A stretch of DNA of 32,000 bases from Propionibacterium freudenreichii subsp. freudenreichii (GCF_000940845.1 NZ_CP010341.1:1170001-1202000), one strand, 5' to 3'. Shown: positions 18,841 through 28,421, counted from the stretch's first letter. Numbers and translations: made by a program. Notes: a model not told the origin generated them from the letters alone.

Positions 18841-19656
18841 ATGACAACCACGGCCAAGAACACGGCAACCTCGGACCCGCAGGGCCACAGGCGTCCCGCC
18901 CGCGGTGCGGCACCCCGTGCCCATCGTGCCCGGCACAGCCCGGTGGTGCGCCATGAGGTGTTCCAGACCTCACTGATGAGCGCACTGCTCGACGGCATCT
19001 ATGACGGCGACATGACCCTGGCCGAGCTGCTCGGCCACGGCAACTTCGGGTTGGGCACCTTCGAGGCGCTCGACGGCGAGATGATCATTCTCGACTCCGT
19101 GCCCTGGCAGTTGCGCGTGGACGGCTCGGTGACCCGGGCGAGCCTCGACCAGCTGACGCCCTTCGCCACGGTCACCAATTTCGTGCCCAGTATCAGCGAG
19201 GAGATCAAGGGGCCCCTGACCCGCGCCGAGCTCAGCGAACTGGTCGACCACCTGGGTGTCTCGGCCAACTACCTGTACGGGCTGCGCATCACCGGTGACT
19301 TCGAATGGATCACCACGCGCACCGTGCGTCGCCAGAAGAGGCCCTTCCCCCCGATGTCGCAGACCACCAGCGACGAGCCGGTGGTGCGCCAGACGCAGAC
19401 CAGCGGTGTGATGGCCGGATTCCGCACGCCGTTGTTCGAGCAGGGCATCAACGTGGCCGGGTGCCATGTGCACTATGTCAACAATGAACACACCCACGGC
19501 GGACATGTCGTGGACTTCGTCATGAACTCCGGGCTGATCGAGGTCTGCCTCGGCACCGATCTTCGCGTGCGGCTGCCCCTGTCGGAGGCCTTCCAGGATG
19601 CCGATCTGGCCCCCGACGACCTCGACGAGCAGGTCAGGGCGGCCGAACACCACTGA
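18841..19656 (+). CDS. budA: Alpha-acetolactate decarboxylase
   Basis: VFQTSLMSALLDGIYDGDMTLAELLGHGNFGLGTFEALDGEMIILD and GFRTP...GCHVHYV...GGHVVDF (His metal ligands) are ALDC hallmarks. ATG 18841 has GGGAGG 5-6 nt upstream. This start adds a basic N-terminal extension of about 35 aa; GTG 18943 and 18946 would remove it but lack a Shine-Dalgarno. Confidence 0.88.
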   Translation: MTTTAKNTATSDPQGHRRPARGAAPRAHRARHSPVVRHEVFQTSLMSALLDGIYDGDMTLAELLGHGNFGLGTFEALDGEMIILDSVPWQLRVDGSVTRASLDQLTPFATVTNFVPSISEEIKGPLTRAELSELVDHLGVSANYLYGLRITGDFEWITTRTVRRQKRPFPPMSQTTSDEPVVRQTQTSGVMAGFRTPLFEQGINVAGCHVHYVNNEHTHGGHVVDFVMNSGLIEVCLGTDLRVRLPLSEAFQDADLAPDDLDEQVRAAEHH

Positions 19657-19864
19657 CCCGTGTCGGCGCTCGGGCGGGCCGGTTGCGGCAGGACTATCGT
19701 TGTCGGGCGTGTCAGGCGTAAAAACCTGGCCCACGCGTCCCCAGGACGTGTGAACCGTCCCCCGGCTGGTTACATTAAGGCCAGGGGGTGTGCGTGTGGG
19801 CAGGTCGCCCTGCCCGCAGCGCCTTCCGAATCAGAAGTCACTTCGAGGACAACGGAGTTCCAGC

Positions 19865-20938
19865 ATGGGTATTGCCATCAAGTACGGCGCAATGGTTGAC
19901 GATCCGATTGTTGATGACGACGGGAAACTGGCCATTCGCGGCGGCGCGGGTGCCCTGGTGGAGCGTCTCCTCAAGATCTATCCGGGTGCCTGCCTGGTCG
20001 GTTATGAGGATCGTCAGTGCGACGGGTTCGAGATGAAGCGCGACATCAACCTTGACGCCGAGAAGGATCTGGTGATCAACCTCGACGTGATGGATTCGGT
20101 GGGCGTCTTCCAGGTGATGCACCGCCACGGCGCGGAGCCGATGATCATGAACCTCCAGTGGCTACCGCCACGTCACTACCACCACAAGGTGAACTTCGCC
20201 GCCATGGGATTGAGCTATGCACTCTTCCCGACCCTGTGCTCGGGGGAGCGCACCGCTGCCGAGGTCTCGGAGCTCACCCACCGGTGGACCATCCCGGCGC
20301 TTGCCAATTCGGCACAGATCGCCTGGTTCCAGCCCGGCATCCGTGACGACCTGCTGCAGCCCCGCGTGGACACCGAGGTACCCGAGGTGCTGTATCCCAG
20401 CATCCACCTCGACGCCGAGAAGCATCCCCAGCAGTTCATGCAGATCGTGACCGAGGTCGCCGCGAAGGTGCCCCTCCAGATGGTGGCCCGGTTGGCCCCC
20501 CGCGATCTGGTCAGCCTCCAGGCGATGCGGATGTCGTCGGCGAAGTGGACCACCGTGGGCCCGCTGTCGGCCGACCGTGAGGGCTACTGGGGCACCCTGG
20601 CGCACACCACCGCGTTCCTGTCGACCGCCACGGCCGAGGCCTACGGGCTGGAGGAACTGGAGGCCCTCGTGGCCGGGGTCATCGGCGTCATGCCGAAGCT
20701 GCCCTGGGCCGAGGTGCTCGTCCCGACGGGGTATCCCTACCTCTACAATTCCGACGCCGAGGCCGCGATGATGCTCGAGAACGTGCTGCGTGACCCCAAG
20801 GCGGCCCGTCGGGCCATCGATGAGTCCGCCGGTGGGTCCATCAAGGACTGGGTGTTCGCCAAGCACGCGCGCGCCGCCGGCAACGAGGCCATCGAGAACC
20901 AGGTCAAGGAATGGTTCCCCAAGGCGCTGGAGGACTGA
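19865..20938 (+). CDS. Hypothetical protein with GT-B (GT4-like) glycosyltransferase-like C-terminal half
   Basis: ATG 19865 has GGAG 7 nt upstream, giving 357 aa. The C-terminal segment STATAEAYGLEELEALVAGVIGVMP...LYNSDAEAAMMLENVLRDPKAARRAI resembles the PS..E.FG...LEA...G.PVV...D...LA..I..LL.D block of GT-B retaining glycosyltransferases. The N-terminal half is not recognisable. Confidence 0.6.
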   Translation: MGIAIKYGAMVDDPIVDDDGKLAIRGGAGALVERLLKIYPGACLVGYEDRQCDGFEMKRDINLDAEKDLVINLDVMDSVGVFQVMHRHGAEPMIMNLQWLPPRHYHHKVNFAAMGLSYALFPTLCSGERTAAEVSELTHRWTIPALANSAQIAWFQPGIRDDLLQPRVDTEVPEVLYPSIHLDAEKHPQQFMQIVTEVAAKVPLQMVARLAPRDLVSLQAMRMSSAKWTTVGPLSADREGYWGTLAHTTAFLSTATAEAYGLEELEALVAGVIGVMPKLPWAEVLVPTGYPYLYNSDAEAAMMLENVLRDPKAARRAIDESAGGSIKDWVFAKHARAAGNEAIENQVKEWFPKALED

Positions 20939-20942
20939 CCAC

Positions 20943-21004
20943 CCCCACATGTCGTGATGCGGCCGTCGGCTCCCTGCAGGGGCCGGCGGCCGCGCCATGT
21001 GGGG
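20943..21004 (+). terminator. Long imperfect GC-rich hairpin after the hypothetical gene (probable terminator)
   Basis: The outer stem CCCCACAT (20943-20950) pairs with ATGTGGGG (20997-21004). The inner stem is about 20958-20974 with 20979-20994, around the CCCTGCAGGG palindrome. It starts 5 nt after the stop and has no U-tract. Confidence 0.5.
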
Positions 21005-21137
21005 CCCGGCCACCAGCCGGTCCGGGTGTCGGCGCCGACGTCCGGCCGGCGCCCGCAACAAGAAATCGATCGGCGATCGTGGAAGAATGCCACAGGCCCG
21101 AGCACTGTCTATGCCGGGGCAAGAAGGGAATATCACC

Positions 21138-22985
21138 GTGATCCGAACCCACGATGCGGGAACGCTGCGCGCCTCCAATGAGGGCGAAACCGTCACACTG
21201 GCCGGCTGGGTGGCCCACCGCCGAGATCATGGGGGAGTGGCCTTCATCGACCTGCGCGACGCCAGCGGCGTTGCCCAGGTGGTCATCCGCGATGAGGTGC
21301 TCGCTTCCTCGGGAGCCCACGACCTGCGCAATGAATACTGCATCGCCGTCACCGGCGTCATCGAGCACCGGCCGCAGGGCAATGAGAACCCCGAGATGCC
21401 CACCGGAGACATCGAGGTGAACATCTCCGACCTCGAGGTGCTCAACGCCGCCGCCCCGCTGCCCTTCCCGGTCGACGAATACACCAACGTCGGCGAGGAC
21501 ACGCGCCTGCGCTACCGCTACCTCGACCTGCGTCGTCCCCGCATGCACGATGCCCTGGTGTTGCGCTCGCATGTCACCCACGCCATCCGGGGGGTCCTGG
21601 AGGGACGCGACTTCTACGACATCGAGACCCCGACCCTGACGCGGTCGACCCCCGAGGGTGCCCGCGACTTCCTCGTGCCGGCACGCCTGTCGCCCGGATC
21701 GTGGTACGCGCTGCCCCAGAGCCCCCAGCTGTTCAAGCAGCTGCTCATGGTGGCCGGCATGGAGCGCTACTACCAGATCGCGCGCTGCTACCGCGACGAG
21801 GACTTCCGGGCCGATCGCCAGCCCGAGTTCACCCAGCTCGACGTCGAGATGAGCTTCGGCGACCAGGACGATGTGATGGCCCTGGGCGAAGAGGTCATGG
21901 CTGCCTGCTGGAAGCTGGTCGGTGTCGACCTGCCCCGTCCCATGAGGCGGATCACCTGGCATGAGGCCATGGACCGCTACGGCTCGGACAAGCCCGACCT
22001 GCGCTTCGGGAACGAGATCACCGAGGTCACCGACTTCTTCGCCGACACCCCCTTCCGCGTCTTCCAGGCCCCCTACGTGGGCGCCGTCGTGATGCCCGGG
22101 GGCGCCGCGCAACCGCGCCGCCAGTTCGACGCCTGGCAGGAATGGGCCAAGCAGCGCGGTGCCAGGGGACTGGCATACATCGTCGTGACCGATTCCGGGG
22201 AGCTCAGCGGACCGGTCGCGAAGAACATCTCCGACACGGAGAAGGCCGGCATCGCCGAGAAGGTGGGTGCCAAGCCCGGCGACGCCATCTTCTTCGCCGC
22301 CGGCGCCCGTACGGTCAGCCAGGAGCTGTTGGGTGCCGCCCGCCTGGAGATCGGCGCCCGCTGCGAGCTCTACGACCCCAAGGACTGGGCGTTCTGCTGG
22401 GTCGTCGACGCCCCGCTGTTCAAGCCGACCTCGGAGGCGGTCGCCGAGGGCGATGTCGCCGTGGGGGCCGGTGCCTGGACGGCGGTGCACCACGCCTTCA
22501 CCTCGCCCAAGCCCGAGAGCATGGACAGCTTCGACACCGACCCCGGGTCGGCGCTGTCGTATGGCTATGACTTCGTTTGCAACGGCAACGAGGTCGGTGG
22601 CGGATCCATCCGTATCCACCGCCGCGACGTGCAGGAACGTGTCTTCAAGGTGATGGGCCTGTCGCAGGAGGAGGCTCAGCAGAAGTTCGGCTTCCTGCTG
22701 GACGCCTTCAAGTTCGGCGCCCCGCCGCATGGCGGCATTGCCTTCGGCCTGGACCGCCTCGTCATGCTGCTGGGGGGCTTCGACACCATCCGTGACGTCA
22801 TTGCCTTCCCGAAGACCGGCAACGGCTTCGACCCGCTGACCCAGGCACCCGCCCCGATCTCGGCGCAGCAGCGCCGGGAGGCGGGCGTGGATGCCAAGCC
22901 GGCCCCCAAGAAGGACGGTGCCTCCGACAAGGACGGTGTGCCCGAGGAGGGCGCCGGGGCTGATCTCGACACCAGCGCCGAATAG
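21138..22985 (+). CDS. aspS: Aspartate--tRNA ligase
   Basis: GTG 21138 ([11 protein letters not shown]...) has AAGAAGGGA 8 nt upstream. An OB fold ([19 protein letters not shown]), class II motifs ([45 protein letters not shown]) and a GAD insertion domain are present. ATG 21111 is an alternative start. Confidence 0.94.
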   Translation: MIRTHDAGTLRASNEGETVTLAGWVAHRRDHGGVAFIDLRDASGVAQVVIRDEVLASSGAHDLRNEYCIAVTGVIEHRPQGNENPEMPTGDIEVNISDLEVLNAAAPLPFPVDEYTNVGEDTRLRYRYLDLRRPRMHDALVLRSHVTHAIRGVLEGRDFYDIETPTLTRSTPEGARDFLVPARLSPGSWYALPQSPQLFKQLLMVAGMERYYQIARCYRDEDFRADRQPEFTQLDVEMSFGDQDDVMALGEEVMAACWKLVGVDLPRPMRRITWHEAMDRYGSDKPDLRFGNEITEVTDFFADTPFRVFQAPYVGAVVMPGGAAQPRRQFDAWQEWAKQRGARGLAYIVVTDSGELSGPVAKNISDTEKAGIAEKVGAKPGDAIFFAAGARTVSQELLGAARLEIGARCELYDPKDWAFCWVVDAPLFKPTSEAVAEGDVAVGAGAWTAVHHAFTSPKPESMDSFDTDPGSALSYGYDFVCNGNEVGGGSIRIHRRDVQERVFKVMGLSQEEAQQKFGFLLDAFKFGAPPHGGIAFGLDRLVMLLGGFDTIRDVIAFPKTGNGFDPLTQAPAPISAQQRREAGVDAKPAPKKDGASDKDGVPEEGAGADLDTSAE

Positions 22986-23000
22986 TCGCCACGACCCCTC

Positions 23001-23045
23001 GACAGGGCAGGGTCCGGACCACCACGGTCCGGGCCCTGCCCTGTC
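23001..23045 (+). terminator. Intrinsic terminator hairpin downstream of aspS
   Basis: A 20-bp stem GACAGGGCAGGGTCCGGACC / GGTCCGGGCCCTGCCCTGTC (one U-G pair) with loop ACCAC. It begins 16 nt after the aspS stop. Confidence 0.75.
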
Positions 23046-23109
23046 CGGTTGACGTGTCCGGTTCCGTGCCCCATGTCGGGCAGGGGCGCACGGCGATAGG
23101 CTTCGACCG

Positions 23110-24534
23110 ATGAGTGAGGACCTTTTCGGCAACCCCGTCGCCGACCCACACGGGGGTGGAACCGCTGCCGGCATCGGGGGTTCCCTCGGGGACGCCGTCA
23201 ACCCGTCCGCACCCCTGGCGGTACGCCTGCGGCCCCGCTCACTCGACGAGATCGTCGGGCAGCAGCACCTGCTGGGCCCCGGGTCGCCCCTGCGCCGGCT
23301 CGCCGAGGGCCACGCGGCCATGAGCGTCTTCCTGTGGGGACCACCCGGAGTCGGCAAGACGACGATTGCCGCCGTGGTCTCCCGGGCCACCAACCGCCGC
23401 TTCGTGGAAATGTCGGCGGTCACCGCCGGGGTCAAGGATGTGCGCCGTGAGCTCGACATCGCCCGGCGCGAGTTGGCCCGCGGACGACCCACCGTGTTGT
23501 TCGTCGACGAGGTCCACCGCTTCTCCAAGGCGCAACAGGACGTGCTCCTGCCGGCGGTGGAGAACCGCATCGTGACGCTCATCGCGGCGACGACGGAGAA
23601 TCCGTCCTTCTCGGTGATCTCACCGCTGTTGTCCCGCTCCTTGTTGCTCACCCTGAAGCCCCTGACCGCCGACGACATCTCGATCCTGCTCGACCGGGCA
23701 CTCACCGACGAGCGCGGCCTGCGCACACCCGAGGGCAGGGAGTACACGCTGGACGACCAGGCACGTGCCGACCTGCTGAGGCTCGCCGGTGGCGACGCCC
23801 GGCGCGCGCTGACCTACCTGGAGGAGTCGGCCGCCGGCGCCAGCGCCGCCGATTCGGCCACGATCACCACCGACTCGGTGGCCAGTGCCGTCGATCGTGC
23901 CGCCGTTCGCTACGACCGGGACGGCGACCAGCACTACGACGTGATCAGCGCCTTCATCAAGTCGGTGCGTGGTTCCGACGTGGATGCCGCCCTGCACTAC
24001 CTGGCACGCATGATCACCGCGGGGGAGGATCCCCGCTTCATCGCCCGCCGGCTGGTGATCCTTGCCAGCGAGGACATCGGCATGGCGGCCCCCTCGGTGT
24101 TGCAGACCGCCGTGGCCGCCGCCCAGGCCGTGCAACTGATCGGCATGCCCGAGGCACAGCTCAACCTGGCCCAGGCCACCATCGCGGCCGCCACCGCACC
24201 CAAGTCCAATGCCGTCTACCTGGCCCTGACCGCGGCCATGAACGACGTGCGGGCGGGCAAGGGCACGGGAGTGCCCGCCCACCTGCGCGACGCCCACTAT
24301 GCGACGGCCCAGGACTACGGACACGGGGTCGGATACCGCTATGCCCACGACTGGCCCCATGGCGTGGCACCCCAGCAGTACCTTCCCGACGATCTGGAGG
24401 GCACCAGCTACTACCAGCCGACCGACCACGGCAATGAGGCGGCCATCGGGGAGCGGCTGGCCACGATTCGTGAGATCCTGCACGAGCAGGACGAGCCGGG
24501 ATCCGGCGCGGCGTCGCGCGGACCCACGGGCTGA
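23110..24534 (+). CDS. rarA: Replication-associated recombination protein A (MgsA/RarA AAA+ ATPase)
   Basis: Walker [10 protein letters not shown], Walker [25 protein letters not shown] and the MgsA C-terminal domain ([34 protein letters not shown]) are present. Confidence 0.93.
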   Translation: MSEDLFGNPVADPHGGGTAAGIGGSLGDAVNPSAPLAVRLRPRSLDEIVGQQHLLGPGSPLRRLAEGHAAMSVFLWGPPGVGKTTIAAVVSRATNRRFVEMSAVTAGVKDVRRELDIARRELARGRPTVLFVDEVHRFSKAQQDVLLPAVENRIVTLIAATTENPSFSVISPLLSRSLLLTLKPLTADDISILLDRALTDERGLRTPEGREYTLDDQARADLLRLAGGDARRALTYLEESAAGASAADSATITTDSVASAVDRAAVRYDRDGDQHYDVISAFIKSVRGSDVDAALHYLARMITAGEDPRFIARRLVILASEDIGMAAPSVLQTAVAAAQAVQLIGMPEAQLNLAQATIAAATAPKSNAVYLALTAAMNDVRAGKGTGVPAHLRDAHYATAQDYGHGVGYRYAHDWPHGVAPQQYLPDDLEGTSYYQPTDHGNEAAIGERLATIREILHEQDEPGSGAASRGPTG

Positions 24535-24588
24535 CACATCGGTCGCCAGCAGGTCGTCGGCGCATCCACCAACGAGGAATAGAGGGTC

Positions 24589-25569
24589 ATGAGGTCGAAC
24601 AAGCTGGTCGTCACCGGTGCCGGGCACGTCGGATCGCAGGTGCTCACCGAGGCCCTCCACATGGGCCTGTTCGGCGAGATCGCCGTCATCGACACGAACG
24701 AGTCGGTCGCGGTCGGGGAGGCGCTGGATTCCCTGCAGGCCACGGGCGCACCACACATGGCAGCCATTGACGTGCACTCCGGGGGAATTGAGGACTACAA
24801 GAACGCCGACGTGGTGATCTGCGCCGCCGGGCCGAGCATCATCCCCGACCCGGACGATCCCACGGGTCGACCGGATCGTTCACTGGTCACCACGGTGAAT
24901 TCGAAGGTGATCCGCCAGGTGATGGGCGACATCGCCTCCCAGACCCGCGAGGCGATCGTCATCCTCATCACCAATCCGCTCGACACGATGGTCTACATCG
25001 CCGAGAACGAATTCGGTTATCCGCCCGATCGTGTCTTCGGAACCGGCACCATGCTCGACTCCACCCGCCTGCGCCAGATCATTGCGGCCCACTGCATGGT
25101 TGCTCCCAGCAGCGTGCAGGGCTACATGATGGGTGAGCACGGCCTCACCGCGTTCCCGGTGCTGAGCCGACTCACGGTGGGGGGCTACCGATTCGACGAG
25201 TTGCCCGCGGTGTTCCCGATCAATCCGGACCTGAGCGCCGATGACATCCGCGAGGAGGTCGTGCAGGCCGCCTACGACGTCTTCAACTCAAAGGGCTGGA
25301 CCAATGCGGGAATCGCCCAGTCGGCGGTGTCACTGGCCCGCACCGTCATGCTGGACGAACGGGCGATCCACCCGGTCTGCTCCACCCTGCGTGGTGAATA
25401 CGGCCACCTCGACGATGTCGCGCTGTCGATGCCGTGCATCATCGGACGCAATGGAATCGAGCGTCGCCTGCCGGTGGAACTCAATGCCTGGGAGTCCGCC
25501 CACCTCGAGACCACGATCGCCCAGATCAGGGCGACGATGGTTGAGGCCGGCACCCCGCGCGTCCGGTAG
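24589..25569 (+). CDS. ldh: L-lactate/malate dehydrogenase family 2-hydroxyacid dehydrogenase (L-LDH-like)
   Basis: A Rossmann motif (VVTGAGHVGS), ITNPLDTM, GTGTMLDSTRLR (substrate Arg) and MGEHG (catalytic His) are present. The specificity-loop region is expanded (AAGPSIIPDPDDPTGRPDRSLV). AGAGGG Shine-Dalgarno lies upstream. Confidence 0.8.
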   Translation: MRSNKLVVTGAGHVGSQVLTEALHMGLFGEIAVIDTNESVAVGEALDSLQATGAPHMAAIDVHSGGIEDYKNADVVICAAGPSIIPDPDDPTGRPDRSLVTTVNSKVIRQVMGDIASQTREAIVILITNPLDTMVYIAENEFGYPPDRVFGTGTMLDSTRLRQIIAAHCMVAPSSVQGYMMGEHGLTAFPVLSRLTVGGYRFDELPAVFPINPDLSADDIREEVVQAAYDVFNSKGWTNAGIAQSAVSLARTVMLDERAIHPVCSTLRGEYGHLDDVALSMPCIIGRNGIERRLPVELNAWESAHLETTIAQIRATMVEAGTPRVR

Positions 25570-25733
25570 CCGTGACCCGGCACCGGCCCCGTAGTTGCGA
25601 GCCCGTCGCGGTCCGCTGGCGCGCCGCCCCACATCGGGCAGACGGGCCGGGCGGGGGCGTGTCCGCGCGCTAGTCTTGACCAGCGGTTCGCGCCCGGCGA
25701 GCCGACTATTGCCATGCGCGGGAGAAATACATC

Positions 25734-28421
25734 ATGAAAGCAGCTGAGATCGGTCGCCGTTTCGTCGACTTCTTCGTGTCGAAGGGCCATACCGAGGTGC
25801 CCAGCGCATCCCTGCTCTACAACGATCCGACGCTGCTGTTCGTCAACGCTGGCATGGTGCCGTTCAAGCCATATCTGATGGGTGAGCTCCCCGCGCCCTG
25901 GAAGCGCGCCACGAGCATCCAGAAGTGCGTGCGCACCCTGGACATCGAAGAGGTGGGCAAGACCACCCGGCACGGCACCTTCTTCCAGATGCTGGGCAAT
26001 TTCAGCTTCGGGGACTACTTCAAGAAGGAGGCCATCGAGTTCGCCTGGGAGCTCGTCACCGGCCCCCTGGCGGAGGGACGCCTCGGTTTCGATCCGAACA
26101 TGGTGTGGGTCACCGTGCTGGGTCCGGGATTCCATCCCGACTATCCCGAGGGTGACACGGAGGCACGTGATACCTGGCTGTCACTGGGCGTGCCGCCCGA
26201 GCACATCCAGGGCCGTGGACTGAAGGACAACTACTGGCACATGGGCGTTCCCGGCCCGGGTGGCCCCTGTTCCGAGATCTACATCGACCGTGGCCCCAAG
26301 TACGGCGCCGAGGGCGGCCCGGAGGCCGACGAGGATCGCTTCCTGGAGATCTGGAACCTGGTCTTCGAGACCGAGGAGCTCAGCACCGTGCGCTCCAAGG
26401 AGGATTTCGACATCGCCGGGCCGATGAAGACCCGCAACATCGACACCGGCGCCGGCCTCGAGCGCATCGCCCTGCTCATGCAGGGCGTGGACAACATGTA
26501 CGAGACCGACGAGGTCTTCCCGGTGATCGAGCGGGCCGCCGCGATGGCCGGCAAGCGCTACGGCGCCGATCACACCGACGACGTGCGTCTGCGCGTGGTG
26601 GGCGACCACGTGCGTTCCTCCCTGATGCTGATGACCGACGGGGTGACCCCGGGCAATGAGGCCCGCGGCTATGTCCTGCGACGCCTGATGCGCCGCACGA
26701 TCCGCTCCATGCGGTTGTTGGGGGTCGAGAAGGTCTCGCTCACCGAACTGCTCGACGTCAGTCGTCAGTGCATGCATGCCACCTACCCCGAGATCGACGA
26801 CCAGTGGGAGCGCATCAAGGACATCGCCGACAACGAGTCGGAGAGCTTCGAGCGCACGCTCAACTCGGGCACCCAATTGTTCGACATGGCAGTGGCCGAG
26901 GCACGTGCGGCGGGTTCCAACGAACTGGGCGGCGACAAGGCCTTCCAGCTGCATGACACCTACGGTTTCCCCATCGACCTCACCCTCGAGATGGCCTCCG
27001 AGCAGGGCCTGCACGTCGATGAGACCGCCTTCCGCACGCTGATGGACCAGCAGAAGGCACGCGCCAAGGCCGACGCGAAGGCGAAGAAGGGCAATCTGCA
27101 GGACGCCGAGAGCTATCGCGAACTGCGCGACCGTGGTGAGACACCCTTCGTGGGCTATTCCGAGCTGACCGTCCCGACCAGGGTCCGCGGACTCGTCGCG
27201 GACGGCCACGTGGTCGACCACCTGCGGGCCGGGCAGCTTGGCGAGGTCGTCCTCGAGGAGACCCCCTTCTACGCCGAGATGGGCGGTCAGGATGCCGATG
27301 CTGGCGTGCTGCGGTCGGACGCGGGCGAATTCGAGGTCATCGACGTCCAACGTCCGGTCCCCGGCCTCGTGGTGCACACCGTGCGCGCCGGCGGCGAGCT
27401 GCGCCCCGGTGATGAGGTGCAGGCGATGGTTGACGCAGTGCACCGCCAGGGTGCATGCCAGGCCCACTCGGCAACGCACATCATCCATGCGGCGCTGCGC
27501 GAACTGGTGGGACCCACGGCCACCCAGGCCGGGTCGTACAACAAGCCCGGCTACCTGCGCTTCGATTTCAATTCCTCCCATGGCCTGTCGGCGGCCCTGA
27601 AGGCCGAGATCGAGGCCCGCTGCAACGCGGCGATCCGCGACGACCTCGAGGTGAGCGCCACGCAGATGCCGCTGGCGCAGGCCAAGGGCATGGGCGCCAT
27701 GGCGATGTTCGGGGAGAAGTACCCCGACATCGTGCGCGTCGTGGAGATGGGCGGGCCCTGGAGCCGCGAGCTGTGCGCCGGAACGCATGTGCTGCACGCC
27801 AGCCAGATCGGCATGTTGAACCTGCTCGGCGAGCAGTCGGTGGGAGCCGGCACCCGCCGTGTCGAGGCCCTGGTGAGCACCGACGCCTTCGAGCACATGG
27901 CGGCCGAGCGTGCCCTGGTGAATCAGCTCACCGGGACGCTCAAGGTGCAGCCCGACCAGCTGACCGACCGCGTGGGCGCCCTGATCGAGGAGCTCAAGGT
28001 GGCCCAGAAGCAGATCGCGGAGTTGAAGGCGGCCCAACTGCTGGCCGGTGCACCGCAGCTGGTGTCGGATGCCAAGGACATGTGGGGTGTCTCGTTCGCC
28101 TCCAAGCGCTATCACGATGTCGACGCCGGCGCGCTGCGCACGCTGGCCGGCCAGGTGAGGGACCAATTCGGTGACCGGTCGGCCGTGGTGGCCCTGGTCG
28201 GCGGCTCGGCCACCAAGCCGGCGCTGGTCGTGGCAACCACCCGGGCCGCGCGTGATCGCGGGTTGAACGCCGGCGCGTTGGTCCGCGAGGGCGCCGGCGT
28301 GCTGGGCGGCAATGGCGGTGGCAAGCCTGACCTCGCCCAGGGCGGCGGCACCGATGCCGGCAAGGCCGACGAGGCGCTGCGCACGGTGGAATACGCCATT
28401 GGCCATGTCGTCCAGGGCTGA
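25734..28421 (+). CDS. alaS: Alanine--tRNA ligase
   Basis: NAGMVPFK, HGTFFQMLGNFSFGDYFK and GPGGPCSEIY are present. Editing-domain motifs HSATHIIHAAL and CAGTHV, and a C-terminal DHHA1 domain (GGNGGGKPDLAQGGG), are also present. Confidence 0.96.
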   Translation: MKAAEIGRRFVDFFVSKGHTEVPSASLLYNDPTLLFVNAGMVPFKPYLMGELPAPWKRATSIQKCVRTLDIEEVGKTTRHGTFFQMLGNFSFGDYFKKEAIEFAWELVTGPLAEGRLGFDPNMVWVTVLGPGFHPDYPEGDTEARDTWLSLGVPPEHIQGRGLKDNYWHMGVPGPGGPCSEIYIDRGPKYGAEGGPEADEDRFLEIWNLVFETEELSTVRSKEDFDIAGPMKTRNIDTGAGLERIALLMQGVDNMYETDEVFPVIERAAAMAGKRYGADHTDDVRLRVVGDHVRSSLMLMTDGVTPGNEARGYVLRRLMRRTIRSMRLLGVEKVSLTELLDVSRQCMHATYPEIDDQWERIKDIADNESESFERTLNSGTQLFDMAVAEARAAGSNELGGDKAFQLHDTYGFPIDLTLEMASEQGLHVDETAFRTLMDQQKARAKADAKAKKGNLQDAESYRELRDRGETPFVGYSELTVPTRVRGLVADGHVVDHLRAGQLGEVVLEETPFYAEMGGQDADAGVLRSDAGEFEVIDVQRPVPGLVVHTVRAGGELRPGDEVQAMVDAVHRQGACQAHSATHIIHAALRELVGPTATQAGSYNKPGYLRFDFNSSHGLSAALKAEIEARCNAAIRDDLEVSATQMPLAQAKGMGAMAMFGEKYPDIVRVVEMGGPWSRELCAGTHVLHASQIGMLNLLGEQSVGAGTRRVEALVSTDAFEHMAAERALVNQLTGTLKVQPDQLTDRVGALIEELKVAQKQIAELKAAQLLAGAPQLVSDAKDMWGVSFASKRYHDVDAGALRTLAGQVRDQFGDRSAVVALVGGSATKPALVVATTRAARDRGLNAGALVREGAGVLGGNGGGKPDLAQGGGTDAGKADEALRTVEYAIGHVVQG

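Noticed and set aside
18841-18945. The basic N-terminal extension of acetolactate decarboxylase as a Tat or Sec signal peptide.
   Set aside because: It contains an RR pair but no following hydrophobic h-region or signal peptidase site. The composition is Arg/His/Pro/Ala-rich and polar throughout.
19660-19899. A 79-aa ORF in the budA-hypothetical spacer.
   Set aside because: It has no Shine-Dalgarno and a Cys/Arg/Gly-rich product without motifs. It also overlaps the better-supported start of the downstream gene.
20939-21137. A possible T-box or other riboswitch leader upstream of aspS; the leaders of hisS and alaS were also considered.
   Set aside because: I could not find the conserved T-box sequence or a specifier-loop architecture. 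hisS has no leader at all because its start overlaps the MBL gene stop. The alaS spacer shows no convincing conserved structure.
20904-23747. A 947-aa ORF on the minus strand spanning aspS, the aspS-rarA spacer and part of rarA.
   Set aside because: It is antisense to two genes with unambiguous conserved motifs. Its product is R/G/A/P-rich low complexity with no recognisable domain. Long stop-free antisense frames are expected in high-GC DNA because stop codons are AT-rich. A GC3/codon-periodicity calculation should favour the + strand.
20943-25646. A recurrent motif CCCCA(CA)TGTCG / CCCCACATCGGGCAG upstream of aspS (20943-20954), rarA (23069-23086) and alaS (25627-25646).
   Set aside because: It is short and degenerate, and it aligns only with gaps. 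It was found post hoc in GC-rich DNA. The aspS copy is simply one arm of the terminator hairpin, so this is not enough to call a shared regulatory element. A genome-wide motif enrichment test would be needed.
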